Translations under genes and position numbers: made by a program | Source: an uncultured delta proteobacterium | Lineage (GTDB): Bacteria; Myxococcota_A; Polyangia; Fen-1088 | DNA length: 64,000 nucleotides | Reading direction: 5' to 3' | Assembly: GCA_963767925.1 (NCBI GenBank) | Contig: CAVYGB010000008.1 | Span: 1,888,001-1,952,000 of the forward strand | The notes under the pieces: model-generated | Told to the model about the DNA's origin: nothing | The model's database searches: none | What the model saw: the letters and a program-made list of their open reading frames with translations, nothing else | Part shown: positions 11,080 to 21,635 of the stretch, piece after piece | Numbering within the stretch: the stretch's first letter is position 1 | Layout of the letters: each line of letters begins with the position of its first letter

Positions 11080-11739
11080 ATGAAGCTCTACGGCTACTGG
11101 CGCAGCTCCTCGGCCTGGCGGGTGCGCATCGCCCTGCTGCACAAGGGCCTGCCCTTCGAATACCAGCCGGTGCACCTCGTCCGCGACGGCGGCGAGCAGC
11201 ACGGCGCCGGCTACCGGGCGCTCAACCCCATGGCCGAGGTCCCGACCCTCGAGATCGAGGACGCAGGGAAGATCCGGCACCTGGGGCAGTCGCTGGCCAT
11301 CCTGGCCTACCTCGAGCGGATGGCGCCGAGCCCCCCCTTGCTCCCGGCCGACCCCTTCGCGGCGGCCCGGGCCTGGCAGCTTGCCGAGGTGGTGAACGCC
11401 GGGACGCAGCCGCTGCAGAACAGCGCCGTTCTCCTGCGCGTCAAGAACGAGCTCCGCGGGGACGAGCAGGCCTGGGCCCGCCACTTCATCGCCCGCGGCC
11501 TGACCGCCCTCGAGGCGCTGGCCCGCGACAGCGCCGGCCGATTCCTGGTGGGCGAGGCGGTCAGCGTCGCCGATGTGTGCCTGGTTCCCCAGCTCTACAA
11601 CGCCCGTCGCTACGGGGTCGAGGTGGGTGCCTATCCAACCTTGCTCGCGGTGGAGGGGAGCTGCCTGGCGCTCCCCGCCTTCGTGGACAGCCACCCCGAC
11701 CGCCAGCCGGATGCCCCCGCCCCGCCGGCCCGCGGCTAG
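11080..11739 (+). CDS. maiA: Maleylacetoacetate isomerase (GST zeta)
   Basis: LYGYWRSSSAWRVRIAL-x-x-KG, QPLQN, ADVCLVPQLYNARR, HP-x-x-QPDAP. Confidence 0.93.
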   Translation: MKLYGYWRSSSAWRVRIALLHKGLPFEYQPVHLVRDGGEQHGAGYRALNPMAEVPTLEIEDAGKIRHLGQSLAILAYLERMAPSPPLLPADPFAAARAWQLAEVVNAGTQPLQNSAVLLRVKNELRGDEQAWARHFIARGLTALEALARDSAGRFLVGEAVSVADVCLVPQLYNARRYGVEVGAYPTLLAVEGSCLALPAFVDSHPDRQPDAPAPPARG

Positions 11740-11781
11740 GGCTGTGCACCAGCTGTCAACGCGCTGGCGGCTTCCGCCGAT

Positions 11782-13062
11782 GTGCGGAGGGTGCCGACCA
11801 CGACGGCCCCTTCGGCCGACGAATCCCGGGCCCAAGAGGACGGCCCCCAGGAGATCACCCGCCGGATAACCATCCCGGGCTTCGTCCTGGGGCAAGCGCC
11901 CGAGCTCGACCGGCGCATCTGGATGCTGGCCGCCACCCGCTTCGTCGTCACCGCCGGGTTCGCGGCGGTCATGCCCTTCCTGGCGCTGCACCTGGTCGTC
12001 GAGCGGAACTTCCCCATCCTGCGCATCGGCCTCCTGTGGACGGTGGTCGGCCTGATCAGCGCCTCCATGCAATGGGTCGCCGGCCAGATCACCGACCGGC
12101 TGGGTCGGCGGCGGGTGCTCCTGTGGGCCATGGTGATCCGCTCGCTGAACCTCGCCCTGCTCGGCTGGGCCATCGGCGCGCGCGCCTCGTTCGCGACCAT
12201 CGGCGCCCTGTGCGTCCTCAACGGGGCCATGCGCGCGTTCTACGACCCGGCTGCCTCCGCCCTCGTAGCGGCCCTTTGCTCGCGGGACAAGCGGGTCGCC
12301 GCCTTCTCCCTGCACCGGGTGGGATCCAGCCTGGGCTGGGCCGCGGGCCCGCTGGCCATCACCTTCGCGCCCGAGACGGCCTACGCCACCATCTTCTACG
12401 TCGCCGCGCCCATCACCTTCATCGCCGCCGGGGCGGTGGCGATGTTGCCCGACTCGGGCAGCATGTTGAGCCCCTCCCGCCTGCGCTGGTCGCAGATCGC
12501 CGCGTTCCGCCGGGATCGCAAGTTCATGCGCTTCCTGCTGGCGACGCTGCCGTTTTTCGTCCTGCAGACGCAGATGTACCACATGCTCCCGATCTTCGCG
12601 GCCAAGTACCTGGGTCTGGATCGGACGCAGGTTGGCTCGCTCTTCGTGGTCAACGGCATCCTGGTGGTGCTCGTGCAGCTCCCCGCGGTGACGCTGATCC
12701 GCCGGATGGGGACGGCGGGCGCGCTCGTCCTGGGATCGCTCGGGTACGTGGTGGCCTACTTCGGGGTGGGCCTGGCCACCGGCTACCTGAGCCTCCTGTT
12801 CTGCGTGGTGCTGGCCACCCTCTGCGAGATCGCGGCGGTCCCGGCCCACCAGGCCCGGGTCACCGCCCTCGCCCCCATCGACAACGTGGCCGGCTACGTG
12901 GGCCTGGGCGGCCTCGTGCAGGGCATCGCCCAGACCAGCGGGCCGATCGTCGGGAGCTGCCTCATCGAGCTGACCAGCCCCAGCGTCGGCTGGATGGTGC
13001 TGGCGCTGCTGGGGGTGGCGGCTGCGGCCGGCTTCCGCCGGCGTCGCCCCGTGAAGCCCTGA
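11782..13062 (+). CDS. MFS transporter (start uncertain)
   Basis: Motif A GQITDRLGRR; about 12 hydrophobic segments. Confidence 0.88.
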   Translation: MRRVPTTTAPSADESRAQEDGPQEITRRITIPGFVLGQAPELDRRIWMLAATRFVVTAGFAAVMPFLALHLVVERNFPILRIGLLWTVVGLISASMQWVAGQITDRLGRRRVLLWAMVIRSLNLALLGWAIGARASFATIGALCVLNGAMRAFYDPAASALVAALCSRDKRVAAFSLHRVGSSLGWAAGPLAITFAPETAYATIFYVAAPITFIAAGAVAMLPDSGSMLSPSRLRWSQIAAFRRDRKFMRFLLATLPFFVLQTQMYHMLPIFAAKYLGLDRTQVGSLFVVNGILVVLVQLPAVTLIRRMGTAGALVLGSLGYVVAYFGVGLATGYLSLLFCVVLATLCEIAAVPAHQARVTALAPIDNVAGYVGLGGLVQGIAQTSGPIVGSCLIELTSPSVGWMVLALLGVAAAAGFRRRRPVKP

Positions 13063-13069
13063 CCGCCGC

Positions 13070-14053
13070 TCAGGCCTTGCCGATCTCGAAGACGGTCGAG
13101 CCGGTGGTCCGACGCCCCTCGAGGGCGCGATGGGCCTCGGCCGCCTCCGCCAGGGGGAAGGTCTGGTCCACCCGGATCTTCACCTCGCCCGAACGGGTCA
13201 CCGCGAACAGATCGCCGGCGGTGGCCAGCAGCTCGGCCCGGCTCGCGGTGTAGGCGAACAGGACCGGGCGGGTCAGGTAGAGCGACCCCTTGGCCGCCAG
13301 GAGGAGCGGATCCAGGGGCGGCACCGGGCCGGAGGACTGGCCGAACAGGACCAGCATGCCCCGGGGCCGGAGGCAGTCGAGCGACTGCGCGAAGGTGTCC
13401 TTGCCGACGCTGTCGTAGACCACCCGGACCCCCCGGCCGCCGGTGATCTCGCGAACCCGGTCGACAACCGACTCCCGCGAATAGACGACCACGTGGTCAC
13501 AGCCGTTTTCCCGGGCCAGCCGGGCCTTATCGTCGTTGCCCACCGTCCCGATCACGGTGGCCCCCAGCTTCCTGGCCCACTGGCAGGCGATCAGGCCGAC
13601 GCCGCCGGCCGCGGCGTGAAACAGGATTGTGTCGCCCGCCTGGACCTGGATGGTCTGGCGCAGGAGGAACTGGGCGGTCATCCCCTTGAGCATCATGGCC
13701 GCGGCCGTCCGGTCGTCGATCTCTGGCGGCAGGGGGACCACGCGGTCGGCCGGCAGGACGCGTTCCTCGCTGTAGCCGCCGGGGGTTCCACCGGCGTAGG
13801 CCACCCGGTCGCCGACCCGCAGGTCGCCGACCCCCTCGCCGACCTCGGTCACCACGCCGGAGGCTTCCATGCCGGGCGTGAAGGGGAGCGGCTGCTTGTA
13901 GAGCCCGGTCCGATGGTAGACGTCGATGAAGTTCAGGCCGGCGAAGCGGTGCCGGATGCGGACGTCGCCCCGGCCGAGCGGCGCATCGGGGAGATCTTCC
14001 CAGCGAAGCACCTCGGGGCCCCCCACCTCGTGAACGCGGATCGCTCTGGGCAT
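13070..14053 (-). CDS. qor: NADPH:quinone oxidoreductase (zeta-crystallin family)
   Basis: GLNFIDVYHRTGLY, HAAAGGVG, YDSVGKDTF, GSLYLTRP. Confidence 0.92.
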   Translation of the reverse strand: MPRAIRVHEVGGPEVLRWEDLPDAPLGRGDVRIRHRFAGLNFIDVYHRTGLYKQPLPFTPGMEASGVVTEVGEGVGDLRVGDRVAYAGGTPGGYSEERVLPADRVVPLPPEIDDRTAAAMMLKGMTAQFLLRQTIQVQAGDTILFHAAAGGVGLIACQWARKLGATVIGTVGNDDKARLARENGCDHVVVYSRESVVDRVREITGGRGVRVVYDSVGKDTFAQSLDCLRPRGMLVLFGQSSGPVPPLDPLLLAAKGSLYLTRPVLFAYTASRAELLATAGDLFAVTRSGEVKIRVDQTFPLAEAAEAHRALEGRRTTGSTVFEIGKA

Positions 14054-14121
14054 GTCGGTGCCTGACCTCTTAACACGGCCGGGCCGCTGGGCGCAGGAGG
14101 CGGGTTGAGGTAGAAAGCCAT

Positions 14122-15144
14122 GTGTCCTCGCTCTTCCTCGACGCCTGCCGCGGGCAGGCAACCCCCCGCCCTCCCCTCTGGCTCATGCGGCAGGCCGGCC
14201 GCTACTTGCCGGAGTACCGGGAGATACGCAGCCGGGTCTCCTTCCTGGAGCTGTGCAAGAACCCCGGGCTGGCCGCCGAGGTCACCCTGCAGCCGATCCG
14301 GCGTTTCGGGTTCGACGCCGCCATCCTGTTTTCGGATCTGCTGATCCCGCTCGAGGCCATGGGCCTCCCGGTGGTCTTCACCGACGAGGGGCCGACCATC
14401 CCCAGCCCGGTGCGTGCCGACGCCGACCTGGTCCGGCTGCAGCCCTTCGACCCCGCCCAGGCCACCTCCTTCGTGCTCGAGACCATCGGACGGGTGCGCA
14501 GCGCGCTCGGCGAGACGCCCCTCATCGGCTTCGCCGGGGCGCCCTTCACGGTGGCCACCTACGCCATCGAGGGGAAGACCTCCAAGCGGTTCATCGAGAC
14601 CAAGAAGCTGTTCTATCGGGATCCCCCCGCGGCCCGCCGGCTGCTCGACCTCATCGCCGAGTCCACCGAGAAGTACCTGCTGGCTCAGGTGGCGGCGGGC
14701 GCGCAGGCCATCCAGATCTTCGACTCCTGGCTGGGGGTGGTCTCGGTGGAGGACTGGCAAGAGCTGGTGGCGCCGCCCACCGCCCGGCTGGTGGCGGCGG
14801 TGCGCGCCAGCGGCGTGCCGGTGATCTATTTCCCCAACGGCGCCACCACCTTGCTCGAGCGGATCGCGGCGGTGGGGGCCGACGTGTACGGGATCGACTG
14901 GCGCCTGCCGATCGACGAGGCCCGGGCCCGCCTGTTCCACGGGGGGGCCACCGAGGCGGCGGTGCAGGGCAACCTGGATCCCGCCGTCCTGCTGGGACCG
15001 CCCGACCAGATCGAACGGGTGGCGGCGGACATCGTCACCCGGGGGGGCCGTCGCGGACACATCTTCAACCTCGGGCACGGGATCTATCCCGAGACCCCGA
15101 TCCAGAGCGTCGAGACGCTGGTGCGCGCGGTCCGCGGCGCCTGA
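14122..15144 (+). CDS. hemE: Uroporphyrinogen decarboxylase
   Basis: WLMRQAGRYLPEY, DAAILFSD, GFAGAPFT, QGNLDP, IFNLGHGI. Confidence 0.97.
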   Translation: MSSLFLDACRGQATPRPPLWLMRQAGRYLPEYREIRSRVSFLELCKNPGLAAEVTLQPIRRFGFDAAILFSDLLIPLEAMGLPVVFTDEGPTIPSPVRADADLVRLQPFDPAQATSFVLETIGRVRSALGETPLIGFAGAPFTVATYAIEGKTSKRFIETKKLFYRDPPAARRLLDLIAESTEKYLLAQVAAGAQAIQIFDSWLGVVSVEDWQELVAPPTARLVAAVRASGVPVIYFPNGATTLLERIAAVGADVYGIDWRLPIDEARARLFHGGATEAAVQGNLDPAVLLGPPDQIERVAADIVTRGGRRGHIFNLGHGIYPETPIQSVETLVRAVRGA

Positions 15145-15154
15145 CGAGCCGCCG

Positions 15155-15805
15155 TCAGAACTCGGCGCCGACGCTGACGGCGAAGCCCCAGCCGGCCATG
15201 TCGGCGCCCCCGAACATGTCGTCGCCGGCCGCCAGGCGGTAATTGAAGCGGGCATCGAAGATGAACCCCCGGTAGCCGGCCGCCAGGCCGAGGCCGAGCG
15301 GGACCACGAGCTGGTTGTCGCTCGAGCGCATGAAGGACACGCCGGGGCTCGCGTTCAGGAGCGCGTACCGGCTCCAGCCCAGGCCGATCAGGCCGAACGG
15401 CTCGATCAGGCCCGAGCCGCGGACGATTGGCAGATTGAGCCGCAGGGCGGCCTCGATGCCGCTGCGGAGCACGTAGTCGTCCTCCGTGATGCCGGGGCCG
15501 GTGATGTCATGGGCGTCGCCGAAGTAGCCCACTTCGAAGCCGACCGGCAGCCGGGTGCCCGACACGAGTCGCAGGTTCCAGGCCCCGCCGAGGCCCGTGA
15601 TGCGGTCGATGCCGTCGTCCACGAAGTTCTCGATGCCGCCGCCGATCTGGACGGCGGTCCCGAACCCGGTGCGGGGCCGCCAGGGTTCGGGCTGCGTGCG
15701 CACCTCGGGTGGCGTCGACTGGGCGCCGGCCGCGCCTGGCGCCAGCAGCGCGAACCACCCCAGCAGACCTCCACAAAGCAGACCCTCGAGCCGTCTCGCG
15801 TTCAT
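15155..15805 (-). CDS. Outer-membrane beta-barrel protein
   Basis: Signal peptide, alternating amphipathic strands, C-terminal Phe (VGAEF). Confidence 0.7.
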   Translation of the reverse strand: MNARRLEGLLCGGLLGWFALLAPGAAGAQSTPPEVRTQPEPWRPRTGFGTAVQIGGGIENFVDDGIDRITGLGGAWNLRLVSGTRLPVGFEVGYFGDAHDITGPGITEDDYVLRSGIEAALRLNLPIVRGSGLIEPFGLIGLGWSRYALLNASPGVSFMRSSDNQLVVPLGLGLAAGYRGFIFDARFNYRLAAGDDMFGGADMAGWGFAVSVGAEF

Positions 15806-15931
15806 GTGCCCTCCATCGACCAGCGACCTGGAAGAAGATGGGCCGCCCACCCGCGGGAACAAGCGACGCTCCCCCTGTCGCGGCTGCGCCCGACAGCCCC
15901 CGCCGGTCCTGGCCGGCCGGGCGGCTGAGGG

Positions 15932-16168
15932 TCAAGCGCGGTCGCGCATCTCGGGGACGCCGGCCTGCTTCGCGCAGTGGGCGCAGCAGAAGACCGCTCC
16001 GTCCTTCTCGGTCCCGTGCCCGACGACCCGACACCCGCAGTGTTTACAGGTTGGGGCCAGCCTCTGGATGGCACACTCGAAGCTGTCAAAGCTATAACTT
16101 GCCCCCTGGCTGGTGACCACCCGGAAGATCTTGTCGTAGCTGTTGCCGCACACCACGCACTGGTCCAT
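15932..16168 (-). CDS. Small Cys-rich metallothionein-like/TRASH-like metal-binding protein
   Basis: CVVCGN-x-YDK, FDSFECAI, CKHCGC, FCCAHCA; AAGGAG RBS. Confidence 0.8.
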   Translation of the reverse strand: MDQCVVCGNSYDKIFRVVTSQGASYSFDSFECAIQRLAPTCKHCGCRVVGHGTEKDGAVFCCAHCAKQAGVPEMRDRA

Positions 16169-16294
16169 CGATTCTCTCCTTGCTGATGTCGACGCCGGAG
16201 CACGCCCGACCGGGACACAGCCAAGTTGCTTCCTGGCGACGAAAAGTCCACCAGGGGGTGCCCCCTGGCGGGGATGCCTTAAGCTTGTGAGATC

Positions 16295-17200
16295 GTGACC
16301 GACCACCTCATCACCGCGCTGTTGCCCCTCCAGAACGTTCGCGTGGTCGCGGCGTCGACCTCCCTGCTCGCCCGCGACGTCGCGCGCCGCCACGGCGCCG
16401 TCGGTGGCGCGGCGGCGGCCATGGGCCGGGCGGCCACCGCCGGGTTGCTCCTCGCCACCCTCACCAAGAACCGCGAGCGGGTCACCGCCGAGCTGTCCGG
16501 CGGTGGACCGCTCGGCAAGTTGATGGTGGACGCCTCGGGCGCGGGCGACGTGCGGGTCCGGATCACCAACCCCGACGTCCCGGTGGCGGCCTCGCCGGGC
16601 GTTCATGTCAGGCTCGGGACGGCGCTAGGATCGACGGGGCTGGTGCGGGTCGCCCGCGACCTCGGGCTCCGGGAGACCGTGAGCGGCCAGACGCCGCTGG
16701 TCGACGGCGAGATCGACACCGACCTCGAGCAGTACCTCCTCAAGAGCGAGCAGGTCCCGAGCGCCCTCGGCTGCGAGACGCTGCTCGACGACACGCTCGA
16801 CCCGGGACCGAGCGGCGGGATCCTCCTGCAGACCTTGCCGGGCAGCGAGGCCATCCCGCTCATCGAGCAACTGCGGAGCGACCTGCGAGGCGGCGCCCTC
16901 GCCCGGGCCTTGCTCCGCGATCCCGTGCCCGACGGGGAGGCGCTGGTCCGCATCCTCCTAGGGGATGAGGCCCAGGACCTGCTGCTGCTGTCGAGCCGCC
17001 CCTTGCGGTTCTTCTGCCCCTGCACCAAGGAGCGGGCAGCCCAGGCCCTGTCGACCTTCGGACCCCGGGAGCTGGCGGCGATGGTGGAAGAGGATCAGGG
17101 CGCGCAGGTGACCTGCGAGTTCTGCCGGACCAACCACCGCTTCAGCCGCCAGGAGCTGCAGCGGGTGCTGGTCGAGGTCCGGCGCTCGGCTCCGAGCTAG
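16295..17200 (+). CDS. hslO: Hsp33 redox-regulated chaperone
   Basis: SEQVPS, GG-x-LLQ-x-LPG, C-x-C...C-x-x-C (FFCPC...TCEFC) zinc switch. Confidence 0.92.
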   Translation: MTDHLITALLPLQNVRVVAASTSLLARDVARRHGAVGGAAAAMGRAATAGLLLATLTKNRERVTAELSGGGPLGKLMVDASGAGDVRVRITNPDVPVAASPGVHVRLGTALGSTGLVRVARDLGLRETVSGQTPLVDGEIDTDLEQYLLKSEQVPSALGCETLLDDTLDPGPSGGILLQTLPGSEAIPLIEQLRSDLRGGALARALLRDPVPDGEALVRILLGDEAQDLLLLSSRPLRFFCPCTKERAAQALSTFGPRELAAMVEEDQGAQVTCEFCRTNHRFSRQELQRVLVEVRRSAPS

Positions 17201-17323
17201 CTCGCGAGCGGGGCTGTGGCCGCTGTCACCGGGGTTGATCCCGGTTCCGGCTGCCCCCTCGCGCCGACCCTGCTCCCGGGCCACGGGTGGGCCATACTGG
17301 GCGCCCACCGGGAGGGCAAGACC

Positions 17324-19285
17324 ATGGATATCCTCGTGAGTCTACTGATCGCGCTGGCCGATGTCGCCCCTGACGTCCCCCCGCCCGCCGACGGGGCACG
17401 CATCGCCGAGCTGAGCGAGAAGGCCCGGGCCATCGTCGAGGCCCACGGCGACAGCGAGGCGAGCTTCACGCCCGACGGCAAGCAGGTCGTCTTCGTCTCC
17501 AACCGCGATGGATTGCCCCAGCTCTACCGGGCCGACCGGTCGCGAGCCGCCGCGCCGCCGGTCCGGCTCACCCGGACGACCGAGCGGGTGACAACGCCCC
17601 TCGCCCTGCCAGACGGATCGGTGCTCTTTCGATCCGACAAGGGCGCCGACGAGAACTGGTCCTTCTTCAAGGTCGGTCTCGACGGTCAGAACCTCGTCGA
17701 GCTGACGCCGGGGGAGAAGCTGCAACGGGACAAGCCGGCCCTGGCCACGGCCGGGGGAGGAACCCTCTTTTACTCCGCCCGGAAGGCGTCGGAGCCCGCC
17801 AGCTCGCTCCTGGCGCTGAGCCTCGCGGGCGAGGGCAAGCCCCGGCGCCTGTTCGGGGAGCCCGCGCCGGGGTTCCTGCTCGACGTCACGGCCGACGGGA
17901 CCTGGGCCCTCTGGTTGCGCTTTCTCTCCTTCAGCGAGAGCTACGCCCTGCTCGTCGATCTCGCTTCGGGAGAGGCGCGGGTCCTGTTCCCCGCCGGGGA
18001 GGGCAAGAAGGCCCGGGTGACCTCGGCCGCCTTCTCGAGTGACGGGAAGAAGGTCTTCGTGGCCGGCGACGATGCCGGTGGCACCCAGAACGTCGTCGTC
18101 GCGCTCGATGTGGCCTCGGGCAAGGAACTCGCCCGCCACGTCGAGAAGCGGCCGGCGACCGGCCTGCTGCTGGGTCTCTGCCCTTCGCCCCGGGGCGACC
18201 GGCTCGTCACCACGGTGGCGACCGGCGATCGCTACGAGATCCGCCTGCTGGCCAGCGGCTCCTTGAAACCGACCGCGACCGCCCGACTCCCGGCCGGGTC
18301 CGGCTCGGTCGGCTCCTGCCCGTCGGCCTACAGCCCCGACGGCAAGCAAGTGCTCGTCTCCTGGTCGACCCCCCAGGCCCCCGCCGAGCTCCTGGCGGTC
18401 GACACGACGACCGGCCGGGTGTCGCCCGTGCTCGAGCAGCGCCGCGCCGCTCTCACGGGGTTGCCCGCCATCCAGACGTCGGTGGTGCAGACCCGGGCCT
18501 TCGACGGCGGGCGCATCCCCATGCTCGTGTATCGCCCGCGGGGCGTCCCGGGAAAGCTGCCGGTCATCGTGAGCTACCACGGGGGCCCGGCCGGCGTGTC
18601 GACCGCCCGCTGGAGCGCGCAGATCCGCTTCTTCACCGCGCTGGGGTACGCCTACGTGGAGCCGAACGTGCGCGGCTCGACCGGATACGGGCGGGCCTAC
18701 GAGGAGGGCGACAACGGCCCCCGGCGGCTGGATGCCTTCAAGGACATCGAGAGCTCGGCCCGCTGGGTGGCGGCGCAGCCCTGGGCCGACAAAGATCGGC
18801 TCGTGGTCTTCGGAGGGAGCTACGGGGGCTACACCACCCTGGTCGGGCTGACCCGCCAGCCCGACCTGTGGCGGGCCGGCGTGAATCTGTTCGGCGTGGC
18901 GGACGTGCGGACCTTGCTGAAGACGACAACCGGGGTGATCCGCGACCTGTTCAAGCTCGAGTTCGGCGAGCTCGGCAAGGACGACGCGTTCCTGGCCTCC
19001 ATCTCGCCGATCCAGGACGCCGACAAGATCATCGATCCGCTGTTCGTCTACGCCGGCGCCAACGATCCCCGGGTGCCCCGCTCCGAGTCGGACATGATCG
19101 TGGCGGCCGTCCGCAAGAAGGGCGTCCCGGTCGAATACATGGTCAAGGACAACGAGGGGCACTCGCTGGCCCGCAAGGAGAACCAGCTCGAGTTTTACGC
19201 GCGGTCGGCCCGCTTCCTCGAGAAGCACCTCGCCCTGCCGCCCAAGCAGGCCGCCGAGAAGCCCGGGTCCCCCAAAGGGTCGTGA
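17324..19285 (+). CDS. S9 family (prolyl oligopeptidase/acylaminoacyl peptidase) serine peptidase
   Basis: Beta-propeller repeats; HGGP, NVRGSTGYG, GGSYGG nucleophile, NDPRVP, EGH. Confidence 0.93.
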   Translation: MDILVSLLIALADVAPDVPPPADGARIAELSEKARAIVEAHGDSEASFTPDGKQVVFVSNRDGLPQLYRADRSRAAAPPVRLTRTTERVTTPLALPDGSVLFRSDKGADENWSFFKVGLDGQNLVELTPGEKLQRDKPALATAGGGTLFYSARKASEPASSLLALSLAGEGKPRRLFGEPAPGFLLDVTADGTWALWLRFLSFSESYALLVDLASGEARVLFPAGEGKKARVTSAAFSSDGKKVFVAGDDAGGTQNVVVALDVASGKELARHVEKRPATGLLLGLCPSPRGDRLVTTVATGDRYEIRLLASGSLKPTATARLPAGSGSVGSCPSAYSPDGKQVLVSWSTPQAPAELLAVDTTTGRVSPVLEQRRAALTGLPAIQTSVVQTRAFDGGRIPMLVYRPRGVPGKLPVIVSYHGGPAGVSTARWSAQIRFFTALGYAYVEPNVRGSTGYGRAYEEGDNGPRRLDAFKDIESSARWVAAQPWADKDRLVVFGGSYGGYTTLVGLTRQPDLWRAGVNLFGVADVRTLLKTTTGVIRDLFKLEFGELGKDDAFLASISPIQDADKIIDPLFVYAGANDPRVPRSESDMIVAAVRKKGVPVEYMVKDNEGHSLARKENQLEFYARSARFLEKHLALPPKQAAEKPGSPKGS

Positions 19286-19402
19286 GGGGGGACGACCGGC
19301 GACCGGAAGACGCTCGTCGCGCGCCGCACCAGGTCGAGCCCATCATTCTCGTTCGGTCCGGGTTGCCGTTGGGGCACAATGGACGTTCGAGGAGGTTTGC
19401 CC

Positions 19403-19867
19403 ATGCGTGGTTTGCTGGTCGGGCTGGTGGGGGTGGCGCTGGGTGCGGCGGCTTGCGCGTCCGAGAGTGCGGACGAGCTGCCCGAGGGCTGGGCGGGTGC
19501 AGAGCGCCTGAGCCTGGAACAGTCCTCCTGCCCCAGCGGGTTCGCGCCCGTGCGGGGCAACCCTCGGCTGGAGGTCAGCAAGACCGATCTCGGCTTGCAC
19601 GGCCTCTACCGGGACGCCCAGTTCCGCTGCAACGACCAGAAGGTCTGTGGGTACGTCTTCGAGTCGGACGTGGCCACCCGGGTCCTGGTCCAGCCTTGCG
19701 ACATGCACCCGGCCGAGGTGCCCCGCTGTAGCTGCCACTACGAGGTCACCTTCACCCTGCCCCCCCGGGCCGGCCGGACGACCCTCGAGCTCTACCGCCG
19801 CCTCGACCTTCACGGGACCCAGGGTCCAGTGGCCGCCGGGCTGGTCGACACCGAACGCGTGCCCTGA
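19403..19867 (+). CDS. Cys-containing hypothetical lipoprotein
   Basis: AGGAGG RBS, signal peptide ending AAAC, several mature-region Cys. Confidence 0.7.
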   Translation: MRGLLVGLVGVALGAAACASESADELPEGWAGAERLSLEQSSCPSGFAPVRGNPRLEVSKTDLGLHGLYRDAQFRCNDQKVCGYVFESDVATRVLVQPCDMHPAEVPRCSCHYEVTFTLPPRAGRTTLELYRRLDLHGTQGPVAAGLVDTERVP

Positions 19868-19874
19868 GGCCCGC

Positions 19875-21635
19875 TCAGAAGGCGACCGCGACGCCGGTGC
19901 CGAGCTCGACAACGGCGGCCAGGGAGGGAAGACCGGCCAGGACGCGGGCCTCGAGCGGCCAGGCGATGCGCCGGCTGAAGTGATAGACGAGACCGGCTCC
20001 CCCGCCGATCAGGAAGGGCCCGCCCCGGACGGTGTCGCTGCGAGGCAGCTCCATCTCCCGGCTGGCCGGGACGACGAGACGGAAGCCCCCTCCGGGCGCA
20101 CCACCCACGCAGGCGCTGGCGAAGGTGTGCAGCGGCCCTTCGCCCAGGTTGAGGGTGCCGCGCAGCAGGTAGGCGGTCGCGCTCTGGCGGGGGTTGCCGG
20201 GCAGCGGGTCGCCGGAGCCCTCGACCGGGGCGTACTGGAACCGGCCCTGGATCGAGAGCGCGAGGTCATCGGTGACCTGGTATCCGATCTCGGGCAAGGC
20301 GTGCGCCAGGCCGGCGGCCAGCGGCCCCGAGTCGATGCGCCGGTTGGGACGGAACTCGAGATCCGATCCCGGCTGCCAGCCGTAGCCCGAGCCGATCCCC
20401 AGGGCCACCCAGAGCTTGCCACCGGGCCGCCGGCGGACCAGGGCGAGCTCGCGCTTGAGCTCGGAGGCGGCGAGCGGGTCTTCGTCCTCCCGCCGGATGC
20501 GCTCGGCCTCCGCAGCGGCTTCGTCCTCGGCCACCTTCGCCTCGCCCACCGGATCCTCGGGCGCGCGCTGGCCGACCGGGGTGGCCCCCTCCCGGATCAG
20601 CAGGATGTTCGGGCTGTCGGCGCTGCCGGCGTTGATCCTGGTGGGACCGCCGGCCTCGACGAAGAACTGCAACGACTTCCCGGCGGTCGCGTCGGCCGGG
20701 ACGATGCCCTGGAAGTGGCCGCGGCGGGCACGGGGCATGGCCACGGTCGTGAACTGCTCGGTCCCGGCCGGCCGGTAGTGGAGCATGAGCCGCCCAGGGC
20801 GGAGATCCGGCCGCACGGCACACCGGAGCACCACCTCGTGGGAAGGCGGCGCCTCCAGGGGGATCGGACAATACAGCGGATCGGACTGCCCCTCGGGGAA
20901 GGTGGGCGGCGGCAAGGCGGCCGGCTTCGCGGCGACGGCCGGGGCGGCAGGTGGTGGTGAGGCGGGCGGAGGAGCGGTGGCGGCCGGCGGATGGGAAGGC
21001 GGCGGAGCTGGCGCGGCGACCACCGGAGGAGGCGCAGGGACCACGGGCGCCACCGGAGCCCCGGCCCGGCGGCCACGTCCGCGGGTCCGGCTGGCGACGG
21101 CCCGCGGCTCGCCAGGCGGAGGCGGAGCGGCGGGGTGAGCCGCCGTCGCCGCGGGCGGCGGGGTGGGCGGTGGGCGGGGTGGGGCCGGCTGGGCCTTGGC
21201 CCGGGGCGGATCGGGCGGGCCCTTCGCCACCCGCGCCCTAGCGGTCGCGAGGGCCCGGCGGGAACGGGGCGCGGCGAGCGCCGCCGGCAGCTTGAGCTCC
21301 GGGGTGGTTGTAAGCGCCCGGGTCATGTAGGCCACCGCCCGCCGATCGTCCCGGAAGCCCTGCGCATAGAGGGCGCCCAGCGCCATCTGGGCCCGCGCCA
21401 TCGCGGGGTCGTATTCCAGGCCGGCCTCTTGCCCCACCCGGGTGGCCGCGAGGAGGCGACGGCGGGCGCCCGCGGTCTGGCCGTTCTTCGCGTCGGCCAG
21501 CGCCAGCCGCTGCAGCTCCTGCATCTGCTCTCGCGCCGCGTCCTGCCGGCCGGCGCAGCTCACCAGCACGAACAGCACCGTCAACCAGCCGGGCAAGAAG
21601 AAGGTAGGAGAGCGCAGAGGTCGGCGCATCGGCAT
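19875..21635 (-). CDS. Secreted/lipoprotein with TPR-like N-terminus, Pro-rich linker and C-terminal beta-barrel-like region
   Basis: LVSC lipobox, helical repeats, long Pro/Ala tract, terminal VAVAF. Confidence 0.7.
   Translation of the reverse strand: MPMRRPLRSPTFFLPGWLTVLFVLVSCAGRQDAAREQMQELQRLALADAKNGQTAGARRRLLAATRVGQEAGLEYDPAMARAQMALGALYAQGFRDDRRAVAYMTRALTTTPELKLPAALAAPRSRRALATARARVAKGPPDPPRAKAQPAPPRPPPTPPPAATAAHPAAPPPPGEPRAVASRTRGRGRRAGAPVAPVVPAPPPVVAAPAPPPSHPPAATAPPPASPPPAAPAVAAKPAALPPPTFPEGQSDPLYCPIPLEAPPSHEVVLRCAVRPDLRPGRLMLHYRPAGTEQFTTVAMPRARRGHFQGIVPADATAGKSLQFFVEAGGPTRINAGSADSPNILLIREGATPVGQRAPEDPVGEAKVAEDEAAAEAERIRREDEDPLAASELKRELALVRRRPGGKLWVALGIGSGYGWQPGSDLEFRPNRRIDSGPLAAGLAHALPEIGYQVTDDLALSIQGRFQYAPVEGSGDPLPGNPRQSATAYLLRGTLNLGEGPLHTFASACVGGAPGGGFRLVVPASREMELPRSDTVRGGPFLIGGGAGLVYHFSRRIAWPLEARVLAGLPSLAAVVELGTGVAVAF

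Noticed and set aside
16183..16250. Possible hammerhead ribozyme (CTGATG...CGAAA)
   Set aside because: The core reads CUGAUGU rather than CUGANGA, and I could not build the three stems.
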